Source: Alphaproteobacteria bacterium (lineage in GTDB: Bacteria > Pseudomonadota > Alphaproteobacteria > Rickettsiales > 21-14-0-20-44-7). From it: 64,000 nucleotides of DNA. The notes under the pieces are model-generated. The model saw only the letters and a program-made list of their open reading frames with translations. It was not told the origin of the DNA and did not search any database. Of this stretch, positions 39,907 through 53,212 are shown piece by piece (positions within the stretch are counted from its first letter, which is position 1; each line of letters starts with the position of its first letter). The position numbers were made by a program, and so were the translations under genes. The stretch spans positions 16,412-80,411 of the forward strand of contig JAYVPI010000024.1 in the NCBI GenBank assembly GCA_043757405.1, written 5' to 3'.

Positions 39907-40713
39907 CTACCAGAACTTCCACCACGCGTCCTTAGTTCCAGCCTTATCTGTATTTGGGATTTTCCCATTCGTCAGCAAACCATACGAATCCTCATACCAC
40001 GGACTACCCGGATAATTATGCCCCAGCACCGCCGCATATTTTTGCGCCTCCGGAACGATACCAAGCGCAAGATAACATTCAACCAAGCGATGCAGAGCTT
40101 CTTCAATCTGCGCCGTTTTTGGATATTGCTCCAATACAACTTTGAAACGGTTAATCGATGCCACATATTGCTTGCGCTTGAGATAATACCGCCCGACTTC
40201 CATCTCTTTCCCCGCCAGCTGATCCTCCGTCAACTCCAGCTTAAACTGCGCATCCCGCGCATAATCCGAATCCGGATAACGGGCAATCACATCTTTCAAA
40301 GACTGCCGCGCCTGCACCGTCATATCCTGGTCGCGGCCAACATCGGAAATCCGGTTGTAATATGAGAGTGCGATCAAATAATAAGCATATGGCACATCCG
40401 GCGAACCAGGGCTCATTTTGATAAAACGCTGCAGAGTATTAACCGCGTCATCATATTGTTCTGCCTTATAATATGAATAAGCCGCCTGGATCTGCGCCCC
40501 GCCCGCCCATTTGGAATATGGATGCTGGCGCTCAACTTCCAGGAAATCTTTCGCCGCGATCTTATAATTGTTTTCATCCAGCTTTTTCGCCGCTTCATTA
40601 TATAAAACTTCCGGCGGCCGCGTATCGTCCTTGTCCAAATCCTTCTTCTCCCCACCGCAAGCAGCAAGTGTAAGAAGCACTAAAACGCTTAAAATCATTG
40701 TTTTTACATGCAT
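39907..40713 (-). CDS. bamD: outer membrane protein assembly factor BamD
   Basis: Lipobox LLTLAAC plus TPR-like repeats (YNEAAKKLDENNYKIAAKDF..). The ATG at 40713 is preferred over the ORF-track TTG at 40731. Confidence 0.85.
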   Translation of the reverse strand: MHVKTMILSVLVLLTLAACGGEKKDLDKDDTRPPEVLYNEAAKKLDENNYKIAAKDFLEVERQHPYSKWAGGAQIQAAYSYYKAEQYDDAVNTLQRFIKMSPGSPDVPYAYYLIALSYYNRISDVGRDQDMTVQARQSLKDVIARYPDSDYARDAQFKLELTEDQLAGKEMEVGRYYLKRKQYVASINRFKVVLEQYPKTAQIEEALHRLVECYLALGIVPEAQKYAAVLGHNYPGSPWYEDSYGLLTNGKIPNTDKAGTKDAWWKFW

Positions 40714-40736
40714 CGTAGCTGTATAAATCAATAACT

Positions 40737-42278
<1,542 letters not shown>

Positions 42279-42287
42279 ACCACCCCC

Positions 42288-44470
<2,183 letters not shown>

Positions 44471-44474
<4 letters not shown>

Positions 44475-44821
44475 TGTGTGTGCCCATGCGGCTGCAATTG
44501 CCCGATTGCTTCTGCTATTGTTCTTATCATTAAATCTGTTCGCGGAGTTGGGTTGCTTCTTCTCACTTCTTTCACGACTCCTCTATGCTCCTGGTAATAT
44601 TCTCTCAGAGTTCCTAAAAACTCCACCTCGCCATTTAGAGGCTGGCCATTTTGCGCCATGCGCTTAACACCTTGATAAATCACTTTGTCAGGTTTATCAG
44701 ATTTTTCAGCGCCAGAAAAATAAGCTGGATATTTATTCTCAAACTCCCCATATAAATGTCTGCTTAATATTCTTGCGCCCACTATTGTATCATCATCTGC
44801 TTCTGACATGGGTAAAACCAT
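44471..44821 (-). CDS. hypothetical protein, 116 aa, orphan
   Basis: A+T-rich ORF convergent with purL. The stop codons overlap in TTAA. Confidence 0.4.
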
Positions 44822-44850
44822 TGTTTATAATTCTTTATACAAGTTAATTT

Positions 44851-45075
44851 ATGCCCATTTCAAGAGAAGATTTAGAAAAAGCTATAAAATCCGCCTTCCC
44901 CGCCTCCCGGATCAAAATAACCGATCTTGCCGGTGACAACGACCATTGGTCATTGGAAATAGTCGATGAAGCTTTCAGAAATCTCCCCCGTATCGCGCAA
45001 CATAAACTGGTTCAAGCCGCGATATCATCACACGATATACATGCATTACAAATCAAAACTTCCGTTGATCATTAA
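44851..45075 (+). CDS. BolA-family protein
   Basis: 74 aa with ..HWSLEIVDEAF..PRIAQHKLV.. It lies directly upstream of a monothiol glutaredoxin, the known BolA-Grx pairing. Confidence 0.75.
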   Translation: MPISREDLEKAIKSAFPASRIKITDLAGDNDHWSLEIVDEAFRNLPRIAQHKLVQAAISSHDIHALQIKTSVDH

Positions 45076-45134
45076 TTGTTAATCGTTTATCGTAAGATAA
45101 GAACCTCAATAATGAACGATTAACGATGAACGAT
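45075..45134. repeat. hairpin element with heptamer arms (GTTAATC / GATTAAC)
   Basis: attgttaatcgtttatcgt - loop - aatgaacgattaacgatgaacgat. It spans the whole bolA-grxD spacer and includes the grxD ATG. Confidence 0.8.
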
Positions 45135-45455
45135 CTCACAGAACATTTTAAAAAAGAAACCGCCGAAAACGATGTCGTCATATATATGAAAGGCACGCAG
45201 GCCATGCCCATGTGCGGATTTTCCGCAGCAGTCACGGCAATTTTCCAAAAGCTCGGCGTCAAATTTCATGATGTCAACGTCCTCGCCGATGAAGCCGTGC
45301 GCGATGGCATCAAAAAATTCTCCGATTGGCCAACCATCCCGCAAATTTACATCAAAGGCGAATTCATCGGCGGCTGCGACATAACCAAAGAAATGTACGC
45401 TTCTGGCGAATTACAGGAATTGCTAAAAGAAAAAGGCATTCAAATCGCTGCTTAG
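45126..45455 (+). CDS. grxD: monothiol glutaredoxin (Grx4 family)
   Basis: CGFS active site within VVIYMKGTQAMPMCGFS, plus the WPTIPQIYI motif. Confidence 0.9.
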   Translation: MNDLTEHFKKETAENDVVIYMKGTQAMPMCGFSAAVTAIFQKLGVKFHDVNVLADEAVRDGIKKFSDWPTIPQIYIKGEFIGGCDITKEMYASGELQELLKEKGIQIAA

Positions 45456-45730
45456 GCAGGCAAACCACGTTGCGTTGGAACCCCAGGATTGAAGGCTTCT
45501 TTCTGCTTTACCGGCGCCAATTTATCTAGCAACGAATTATTGCTTGCAGATAAACCGCCAGTTCCAAGCTGTCTTTCACTAACTTCACTGTGAGCACTAG
45601 CACCAGTATCCTGCCATTGCTGGGCTAATTGAGCAAAATATGCGGTATTACCGCTAATAATAGCTTGAATCGCTTGTTGCACTTGCGGTGGTATTTGCGG
45701 AGTATTTAAAGCTTGTGATGGCATACTCAT
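45452..45730 (-). CDS. hypothetical protein, 92 aa, divergent from flagellin
   Basis: Q/A-rich ORF whose stop overlaps the grxD stop. No motif recognised. Confidence 0.35.
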   Translation of the reverse strand: MSMPSQALNTPQIPPQVQQAIQAIISGNTAYFAQLAQQWQDTGASAHSEVSERQLGTGGLSASNNSLLDKLAPVKQKEAFNPGVPTQRGLPA

Positions 45731-45925
45731 ATATATTAGCCATAAACCCCCTATTTTTCAATAGAAAACATGCGTTCTTCGCTAACATAATAATTGTCAG
45801 CTTGTTAACCGTTAATTAATCTTTACCTGGTAATCTGGGATTTATTAAGAACCATATAGTCGGCATAGTGTCAGCGATATGGGGGCAGGAAGCCCAAGAA
45901 CTAATAATCCAAGTAGGAGAACTCT

Positions 45926-47698
45926 ATGTCTTCAATCAACACCAACATCGCAGCATATTATGCGCAGAACAACTTACGTACTGCCGCTAACGCTGCTCAA
46001 GCATCTATCGCTCGTTTGTCTAGCGGTAATGCAATCGTATCAGCTTCAGATAACGTAGCTGCACTTTCAATCGGTACAATTCTTCGTACTACAGTTTCAA
46101 CTTTAAGAACAGCTGCTACCAACGCTGGCCAAGGTACAACATTGCTTCAAGTTGCTGATGGCGCCCTTTCTTCACTCGGCGAAATTTTGCAACGTCAGAA
46201 AGCTCTCGCAGTACAAGCTAACTCTGGTACGCTTTCTAACAACGAACGTAGCTACCTGAACCAAGAGTTCCAAGCTCTTAAATCAGAATATGATCGTATC
46301 GTTACTAAAACAAACTTCAACGGCGTAAACTTGCTTGATGGTACTTTAGCAGCTTCTAAAACCGCTATCGCTACAGAAATACCATCTGCAGTCGGTAAAT
46401 TTACCAATGCTCTGACTTCTACCACAAACACAATCAACACTGCCGTTCTTACCGGTGGTTTGACTGCTTTGACGGTTGCCACAGTCGGTACCAGCGACAC
46501 TGCTTTGTTAGCTTATCAAGGTGATATGTCTAATGTTAAAGTTAGCGCTGTAGTATCTGCTACTGCAGGTCTTGGTCAGTTGAGTGTTAATATCAATGGC
46601 GTGAACTTCGCTTCTTCTTTCAACGGCTTTGATAACACTAACACTAACACCAACATCGTGTTGACTCAAATCTTAAACGCCGCTGATACTGCTGCTGGTA
46701 AAACAGCAATGGTGTTAAACCTTGACGTAGCCGATTTGAACGCTGCCAACTCTCAAGCTGGTATGAACTCTTCTGCTGCTTCTATCCAAGCTGAACTTGC
46801 TAAAATCTCTATTTATCAAGATCGCGGCTTAGAAAACACAGCTGCTACTAGCAACACTGCAATCACAACTACCAAATTTGCTGGTACTGTATTGCAAGGT
46901 ATGTCTGGTAACGACTTCGTGTTCAGAGGCAAAGGGTTTGATACTACTACTGGCTTCGCACCAACACTGTCTGATTTCTCAATCACATCAAACAGCCCTA
47001 CCAATGCTTCGTTCTCAGTAAAAGTAAATGGCGTTATTTATAACTCTGCTAGCACTCCGGGCAACACTACCGGTGTTACAGTAAGCGCTACTTCCGACGC
47101 TGTTGACTTGGATGGTTCTACTGGCGGTGCTACAGGTGTGCTTCGCTTAACTTCAGTTGATGATGCTAACGCTTATATCGATATCGATCTGGCTACTAAC
47201 ACTCCAGGTAATATCAGCATCACTACTCAATCTGAAGCTGATGGCCTTGCTGCTGCTCTTAACGGTGGTTTCGGTTCAGGCTCAACTGGTGGCTTAAGCT
47301 TCCAAGTTGGTACTGATTCAAGAGATACTATCGGTATCGCTGTATCAAGCATCAAATCAACCGCAGTGTATAAAGACTCTACTGGTGCAACGCAAGCTCT
47401 TGATATTTCTACTCAAGACGGCGCGATCACTGCTTCAGACGTACTCGATATCGCGATTAAAACCATCACGTCTACTCGTGCAGACATCGGTGCGTTGCAA
47501 TCACGATTCAGCTATGCTTCAGCAACTCTCAGCACTTCAATCCAAAACTTGGACGCGGCTCGCGGACAATTCTTGGATACAGATGTGTCAGCAGAGTCTA
47601 CACGCTTCGCAACTCAGCAAGTTCTGCAACAAGCTGCGATCTCCGTGTTAGCTCAAGCTAACCAAATTCCACAAAACCTCCTGAAACTTATCGGGTAG
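45926..47698 (+). CDS. fliC: flagellin (590 aa, long variable central region)
   Basis: Conserved N-terminal (INTNIAAYYAQNNL..RLSSG) and C-terminal (RADIGALQSRF...LAQANQIPQNLLKLI) flagellin domains. A strong Shine-Dalgarno sequence (aggaga) precedes the start. Confidence 0.9.
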   Translation: MSSINTNIAAYYAQNNLRTAANAAQASIARLSSGNAIVSASDNVAALSIGTILRTTVSTLRTAATNAGQGTTLLQVADGALSSLGEILQRQKALAVQANSGTLSNNERSYLNQEFQALKSEYDRIVTKTNFNGVNLLDGTLAASKTAIATEIPSAVGKFTNALTSTTNTINTAVLTGGLTALTVATVGTSDTALLAYQGDMSNVKVSAVVSATAGLGQLSVNINGVNFASSFNGFDNTNTNTNIVLTQILNAADTAAGKTAMVLNLDVADLNAANSQAGMNSSAASIQAELAKISIYQDRGLENTAATSNTAITTTKFAGTVLQGMSGNDFVFRGKGFDTTTGFAPTLSDFSITSNSPTNASFSVKVNGVIYNSASTPGNTTGVTVSATSDAVDLDGSTGGATGVLRLTSVDDANAYIDIDLATNTPGNISITTQSEADGLAAALNGGFGSGSTGGLSFQVGTDSRDTIGIAVSSIKSTAVYKDSTGATQALDISTQDGAITASDVLDIAIKTITSTRADIGALQSRFSYASATLSTSIQNLDAARGQFLDTDVSAESTRFATQQVLQQAAISVLAQANQIPQNLLKLIG

Positions 47699-47710
47699 TT
47701 TTGAATAATT

Positions 47711-47746
47711 GGGGACGGGAGAGGCCTAAAAAACCTCTCCCTCCCC
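47711..47746 (+). terminator. GC-rich hairpin downstream of fliC
   Basis: ggggacgggagagg - cctaaaaaa - cctctccctcccc. No clear U-tract follows. Confidence 0.45.
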
Positions 47747-47880
47747 AAGGGAATACAAGGTTTAAATTCTTCAGAACATATCAAGGAATATTTTGAGGAA
47801 TTTAAGCTAGGGGAATAAGACAGGGGGTTTTAATTCCATTGGTTAGATTGATATGCAGCGCCTCCTAAATAAAGGATGTG

Positions 47881-48261
47881 ATGCATGGGGGAATTATGGA
47901 TATACTGAATATAACTTTGCCAACTAGCGGCGCTACATTCCAAGGGGGAAGCCCGCCGGTAGTTGCCAAACCTGTTGTTCAAGCTCCGGTTGCTGAAATC
48001 AAACAGGAGCAACAAGCTCCTCAAACTGCTGACAAAGCCCGTTTCGCGGAAATTGAAAAAGCCGCCCAAACTATTCAAAGCAATTATTACATAGTTTCCG
48101 ACGTCCGCTTCACCATTTTCAAAGACATTACCGGCGATTACGTCACCCGCTTCACTTCCTTAAAAGACGGCCACGTAACTTATTACCCGCAAAAATCGCT
48201 CTTCGAGATGATGCAGATCCGCCGCACCCAAGACGCCGCCATCTTCCATACCCAAGCCTAA
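47881..48261 (+). CDS. flaG: FlaG-family flagellar protein
   Basis: The C-terminal pattern VRFTIFKDITGDYVTRFTSLKDGHVTYYPQ is typical of FlaG. The gene lies downstream of flagellin. Confidence 0.7.
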   Translation: MHGGIMDILNITLPTSGATFQGGSPPVVAKPVVQAPVAEIKQEQQAPQTADKARFAEIEKAAQTIQSNYYIVSDVRFTIFKDITGDYVTRFTSLKDGHVTYYPQKSLFEMMQIRRTQDAAIFHTQA

Positions 48262-48305
48262 CCGGCCTAAAAAAATTTGCGCTTTTATACAACCTAAGAT
48301 TGCCG

Positions 48306-48370
48306 ACGTCATCCTGAACGAAGTGAAGGATCTGCCATAGCGGGATCCTTCACTTCGTTCAGGGTGACGT
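48306..48370. repeat. CGTCAT-type palindromic element (P6) in the metE leader
   Basis: acgtcatcctgaacgaagtgaaggatc ... gatccttcacttcgttcagggtgacgt. Confidence 0.9.
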
Positions 48371-48437
48371 ATTTCTTCCTTGCGTTCGCTAGGCTTTTGG
48401 CGCTATAAAGTCCGTCCAAATTAAATCAGGACATAAA

Positions 48438-50762
48438 ATGGCTAATGTAATTGCAACAAACCTCGGTTTCCCGCGCGTCGGCGCTTTTCGTGAATTGAAG
48501 AAAGCTGTTGAATCTTATTGGAAAGGTGACTCCCAATTGGACGCTTTGCAAGCAGAAGCCAAAAAAATCCGTGCTGAAAACTGGAAATTCCAAGCTGATA
48601 ACGGCATCCAGCACATTCCTTCCAACGATTTCTCCCTCTATGACCATGTCCTCGACACAATCGCCCTCCTCGGCGCTGTTCCACCACGTTACAAATTTGA
48701 AGGCTCCCAGGTCGATGCCGATACATATTTCGCCATGGCCCGCGGCGGCCGCACTGGCAAACTAGCCAATGTCCCAGCCATGGAAATGACAAAATGGCTC
48801 GATACAAATTATCACTACATTGTGCCTGAGCTTTCTAAATCCACAAAATTCGCCCTTTCATCCACCAAAATCTTTGATGAATACAACGAAGCCAAAGCAC
48901 TCGGCGTCAACACTCGGCCCGTATTGCTCGGACCAGTTTCCTTCCTCCTCCTCGGTAAGGAAAAAGACGGCGGCAATGTATTGGAACTCCTCCCAGCAAT
49001 TCTCCCAGTTTACAAAGAAATCCTTTCTAAACTAGCAACCGCTGGCGCGGAATGGATCCAATTGGATGAACCGGCATTGGTTCTCGACCTCAATAACGAC
49101 CAACGCGCTGCTTTCAAAACTGCTTATGCAGAGTTGAGCAAAGCAACCGCTCCAAAAATCCTGGTCGGCACATATTTCACTGACCTCGGCGCAAACCTTG
49201 AAACAGCTTTGAACCTCCCAATCCAAGCATTGCACCTGGATATCGTTCGTGGTGAAAAACAGCTTGATGAAGCGTTGAAAACCGCTCCGGCAAACTTGAT
49301 CCTCTCCCTCGGCGTAGTCGAAGGCCGCAATATCTGGAAAACAGATTTCGAAAAAGCCCTCGGCAAACTCGAAAAAGCAGTAGCAAACCGCGGTGCCGAT
49401 AAAATCTTCGTTGCCCCTTCTTGCTCACTCCTCCACTCTCCGGTTGATCTGGATTCTGAAACCAAGCTCGATGCCGAACTCAAAAACTGGCTCGCTTTCG
49501 CCCGTCAAAAAATCAAAGAAATCAGCACTCTCACCAAAGCTCTCAGCAATGGCCGTGATTCAGTAAAAGCTGAACTCGAAGCCAACAAAGCTGCAATGCA
49601 ATCCCGCGCCACTTCAAAACGCATCCATAATGATGCAGTGAAAAAACGCGTTGCCGAAATCACCCCTGCACTTGCTAACCGCAAATCCGCATATCCTGCC
49701 CGCGCGGCAATTCAAGGTGCAAAACTGAACCTCCCATTGTTCCCAACAACAACAATCGGCTCATTCCCGCAAACTGAAGACGTCCGTGCTGCCCGCGCTG
49801 CCAACAAAGCCGGTAAAATGTCTGACGCGGATTACACAAAGTTCCTGCAAAAAGCGACTGCGGAATGTATCCAATGGCAAGATGAAATCGGCCTGGATGT
49901 CCCCGTCCACGGTGAATTTGAGCGTAACGACATGGTCGAATATTTCGGCGAACAGCTCTCCGGTTTCGCGTTCAGCCAATTCGGTTGGGTTCAAAGCTAC
50001 GGCTCACGCTGTGTGAAACCGCCAATCATTTTCGGCGATGTCTCCCGCCCAAAACCAATGACCGTCGAATGGGCAACTTTCGCGCAAAAACAAACTAAAA
50101 ACCCAATGAAAGGCATGCTCACCGGCCCCATCACCATCCTTCAATGGAGCTTCGTGCGCGACGACCAGCCGCGTGAAGCCACAACCAAACAAATCGCCCT
50201 CGCGATTCGTGATGAAGTTGTGGATCTGGAAAAAGCCGGAATCAAAGTAATCCAAATCGACGAAGCCGCCCTCCGCGAAGGCCTGCCTTTGCACCGTTCT
50301 GAGTGGAATGATTACCTCCGCTGGGCCGTCGAAGCTTTCCGCATCACCGCATCAGGCGTGCAGGACAAAACCCAAATCCACACCCATATGTGCTACAGCG
50401 AGTTCAACGACATCATCCAAGCCGTCGGCGCAATGGATGCAGACGTGATTTCAATCGAAACCAGCCGCTCACAAATGGAACTCCTCGACGCTTTCGTCGG
50501 CTATAAATATCCAAACGAAATCGGACCCGGCGTTTATGATATCCATAGCCCAATCGTTCCAACCCAAGAACAAATGACTGGTTTGTTACAAAAAGCCCTA
50601 AAAGTCCTCGACGCCAAACAAATCTGGGTAAACCCCGATTGTGGCCTTAAAACCCGCGGCTGGAAAGAAACCAAACCGGCGCTTGAAGCCATGGTTGCTT
50701 CTGCCAAAGCACTCCGCGCCCAAGTCAGCGGCGCCAATGGTAAGAAAGCGGCGAATGGTTAG
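48438..50762 (+). CDS. metE: cobalamin-independent methionine synthase
   Basis: Two-domain MetE of 774 aa, with GFPRVG near the N-terminus and the C-terminal Zn-site region HTHMCYSEF ... NPDCGLKTR. Confidence 0.95.
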   Translation: MANVIATNLGFPRVGAFRELKKAVESYWKGDSQLDALQAEAKKIRAENWKFQADNGIQHIPSNDFSLYDHVLDTIALLGAVPPRYKFEGSQVDADTYFAMARGGRTGKLANVPAMEMTKWLDTNYHYIVPELSKSTKFALSSTKIFDEYNEAKALGVNTRPVLLGPVSFLLLGKEKDGGNVLELLPAILPVYKEILSKLATAGAEWIQLDEPALVLDLNNDQRAAFKTAYAELSKATAPKILVGTYFTDLGANLETALNLPIQALHLDIVRGEKQLDEALKTAPANLILSLGVVEGRNIWKTDFEKALGKLEKAVANRGADKIFVAPSCSLLHSPVDLDSETKLDAELKNWLAFARQKIKEISTLTKALSNGRDSVKAELEANKAAMQSRATSKRIHNDAVKKRVAEITPALANRKSAYPARAAIQGAKLNLPLFPTTTIGSFPQTEDVRAARAANKAGKMSDADYTKFLQKATAECIQWQDEIGLDVPVHGEFERNDMVEYFGEQLSGFAFSQFGWVQSYGSRCVKPPIIFGDVSRPKPMTVEWATFAQKQTKNPMKGMLTGPITILQWSFVRDDQPREATTKQIALAIRDEVVDLEKAGIKVIQIDEAALREGLPLHRSEWNDYLRWAVEAFRITASGVQDKTQIHTHMCYSEFNDIIQAVGAMDADVISIETSRSQMELLDAFVGYKYPNEIGPGVYDIHSPIVPTQEQMTGLLQKALKVLDAKQIWVNPDCGLKTRGWKETKPALEAMVASAKALRAQVSGANGKKAANG

Positions 50763-50829
50763 TCAAACAAGACGCTGACCTCAGCGGCCCACAAAAGCTT
50801 TATAAAAGGAGCGCAGGGAATTTTTTGCG

Positions 50830-51576
50830 CTATTGATAACTGGCGGCAGTGCCGGTCGCAGTGCCGAAATGTATATGCACGGTACAGGCATAACCGGTAG
50901 TGGAAAGGTTATATGCATATGCGCCGCCGCCCGCAGCTGTTGAACAGGCGCCGCCGCCAAAACCAAAAGCTACAAAATTCCCACCTGTATTTCCTCCCGC
51001 CCAGGTCGTATCCATCGCCATGCCGTCATCGATTTTCAAATCAATCGCTTTGGCATCAACCGGCTTTAGCGGGTCTCCTGTCGCGGTTTCAAAACCTGTC
51101 CCCGCACGCTGATTATAATAATCAAGGGTAGGGATTGTAGCTGTGCCACCCGCTGCACTATCATAAACTATTAAACATGGTTGATTGGCAGTATTCTGGT
51201 CGATATTAAACTTCGGGCAACCGCTCTCATTGGCACCGGCAGTATCGGGATTAAAAGCCGCCGTGTAAGCAGAGCCTTTATAGTTCATCAATCCGACGCC
51301 CAATGATAAATGATACCAAAAGTTATATTGCTCGGCTACAGCATCATAATAACCATTATTATTCCCGGCATTTGTAAGCAAACTGGAGTCACCCGGCAAT
51401 TGGTTGTATTTGGTTTTAAAATTGCTTATTGCAACATCATATTGGGTTAATTGCCTTACGACACCCTGAACTTTAGTAGTTCCAACCATACTCTGCGCCG
51501 CCAGAATCCCGCCGATCAGCAGACCTATAATCACCAGCACAATCGAAAGCTCAACGAGCGTAAACCCTTTTTTCAT
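50830..51576 (-). CDS. prepilin-type N-terminal cleavage/methylation-domain protein (248 aa)
   Basis: MKKGFTLVELSIVLVIIGLLIGGI is the class III signal peptide (G|FTLVE). No assembly genes lie nearby. Confidence 0.75.
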   Translation of the reverse strand: MKKGFTLVELSIVLVIIGLLIGGILAAQSMVGTTKVQGVVRQLTQYDVAISNFKTKYNQLPGDSSLLTNAGNNNGYYDAVAEQYNFWYHLSLGVGLMNYKGSAYTAAFNPDTAGANESGCPKFNIDQNTANQPCLIVYDSAAGGTATIPTLDYYNQRAGTGFETATGDPLKPVDAKAIDLKIDDGMAMDTTWAGGNTGGNFVAFGFGGGACSTAAGGGAYAYNLSTTGYACTVHIHFGTATGTAASYQ

Positions 51577-51703
51577 AAACCAAATCTACTAAATTATTAT
51601 ATGTAATCAAGCCGCCAGCCCTAACACTAGCTATATAACCCCTATTTTTATCGCTTGAGTTACTTCTCCGTTGTCAAAGCCGCGTTTCAAATTATTAGGA
51701 TTA

Positions 51704-51961
51704 TTATCGGGATTTATGAACTTCCTCGCTAGCCTGAACCTCTTCCAACCATGAGCTTACATAACCTCTCTCTTCCATCGCCGCACCCATTTGATATGGA
51801 AAATTAAATTTAGCCGGAACCCCGGCTTCATATAAAACTTTGCCCGGCCCCGCTTGTAAACCTTCTGTTACATTTTTGAGCACCGCCACCCGGTTCACCC
51901 AGCCACAATAGGCCATCCCTATCCAAGCAGCTGCACCAACCCATTTTAAATTTTTACTCAT
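51704..51961 (-). CDS. hypothetical protein, 85 aa
   Basis: ORF only; no motif recognised. Confidence 0.35.
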   Translation of the reverse strand: MSKNLKWVGAAAWIGMAYCGWVNRVAVLKNVTEGLQAGPGKVLYEAGVPAKFNFPYQMGAAMEERGYVSSWLEEVQASEEVHKSR

Positions 51962-51992
51962 ACAAACATGATAGTTTACATTACTTAACTAA

Positions 51993-52103
51993 TCAAGCCC
52001 CTACTTCCGTTCCACCAACCGTCATCGACGAAATCAACAGCGAAGGCTGCCCAACCCCCACCGGCACGCCTTGCCCATCCTTGCCGCAAGTACTGATGCC
52101 GGG
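51993..52103 (-). pseudogene. orphan duplicate of the last ~34 codons of tldD
   Basis: Reads [36 protein letters not shown], compared with [34 protein letters not shown] at the real tldD end. The nucleotide sequence differs at many synonymous sites. Confidence 0.85.
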
Positions 52104-52268
52104 GCCAGCCGTCTCACTACAATTATCAGCGTGAACAAAAATTAGTAGACTTTCACCGCTTATTACTATATATGTTGCCTTCTTCCCATAAGAATCATAT
52201 TTTCACTACAAAAGCTTATATAAAACAAAATAGATTGTGTTTAACTGCAATTGAAATAGTAATTTATC

Positions 52269-52856
52269 ATGAAACTGGCGCTTGCAACACAAAATAGCTT
52301 TACTGGAAATAATTTGTCTAAAAAAGACCGTTTGAAAGAAATTATCATAAAAAAATCCCTTAAAAAGGGGGATTTCACTTTAGCGTCCGGAGCTAAAAGC
52401 GATTATTTGTTTGATTTGAAAGCCACCCTGATGGATTCCGAAGGCGCCAATCTGGCCGGGCACTTGATCCTGGAAAAAATAGCCGAGGATATCGACGCTA
52501 TCGGCGGCCTGGAACTAGGCGCCTGCCCTGCCATAGATGCCGCCAATATCATAAGCTTCCAACTCAACCGCAAACTAAAAGCCTTTTACGTCCGCAAAGA
52601 GAAAAAAGGCCGCGGCACAGACCAGCTTATTGAAGGTTGCCAGCTTAACCATGGCGATAAGATTGTAATTCTTGACGATGTAACCACCAAAGGCGGTTCG
52701 GTTAAGGAAGCGATAAAAGCCGTTCAAGATCTTGGGTGCAAAGTTGTTAAAGTCCTCTCTGTCGTTGATAGAAATGAAGGCGCTGAAGCGAACCTGGCCA
52801 AAGATGGGATCGGGCTTGATTATATCTTTTCCAAAGATGAATTGCTGAACTCATGA
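52269..52856 (+). CDS. pyrE: orotate phosphoribosyltransferase
   Basis: FTLASGAKSDYLFD and the PRPP-binding loop IVILDDVTTKGGS. Confidence 0.8.
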   Translation: MKLALATQNSFTGNNLSKKDRLKEIIIKKSLKKGDFTLASGAKSDYLFDLKATLMDSEGANLAGHLILEKIAEDIDAIGGLELGACPAIDAANIISFQLNRKLKAFYVRKEKKGRGTDQLIEGCQLNHGDKIVILDDVTTKGGSVKEAIKAVQDLGCKVVKVLSVVDRNEGAEANLAKDGIGLDYIFSKDELLNS

Positions 52857-52860
52857 CCAA

Positions 52861-53202
52861 ATGAGCGTTCATAATTTCTTACCAAAAAAAGCAGAAGTTA
52901 TATTATCCACAGCTGCAAAAAACGGCTCCATAAGCTTGGACGAAATCTCCGATTTCTGCAAATATATCGGTGAATATTATAAAACCGCGAATTCGGGACG
53001 GCGGGTGATTTCCTATATCTTGTGGCGAGTTTTCTTAAAATATCAGGATAAATATGAAGCAGATTATATGACCCTGGAAGATTCGGAGAATTTAATAGCC
53101 AAACTTCAGCCAATCGACAGATTTTTAAAATATCTTCAAGGAAATATTGAATTAGAACCCGACGAGATAATTAAAATTTGTGACAATATAACCCGCTTAT
53201 AA
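52861..53202 (+). CDS. hypothetical protein, 113 aa, orphan
   Basis: A+T-rich ORF 4 nt downstream of pyrE. No motif recognised. Confidence 0.45.
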   Translation: MSVHNFLPKKAEVILSTAAKNGSISLDEISDFCKYIGEYYKTANSGRRVISYILWRVFLKYQDKYEADYMTLEDSENLIAKLQPIDRFLKYLQGNIELEPDEIIKICDNITRL

Positions 53203-53212
53203 TAATCAAGCC

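Noticed and set aside
45846-45868. Sigma-28 (TAAA-N15-GCCGATAA) or sigma-54 promoter upstream of flagellin.
   Set aside because: The sequence ttaaga...gtcggcatag only loosely resembles the sigma-28 consensus and has the wrong spacing. No TGGCAC-N5-TTGC motif was found. The match is too weak to report.
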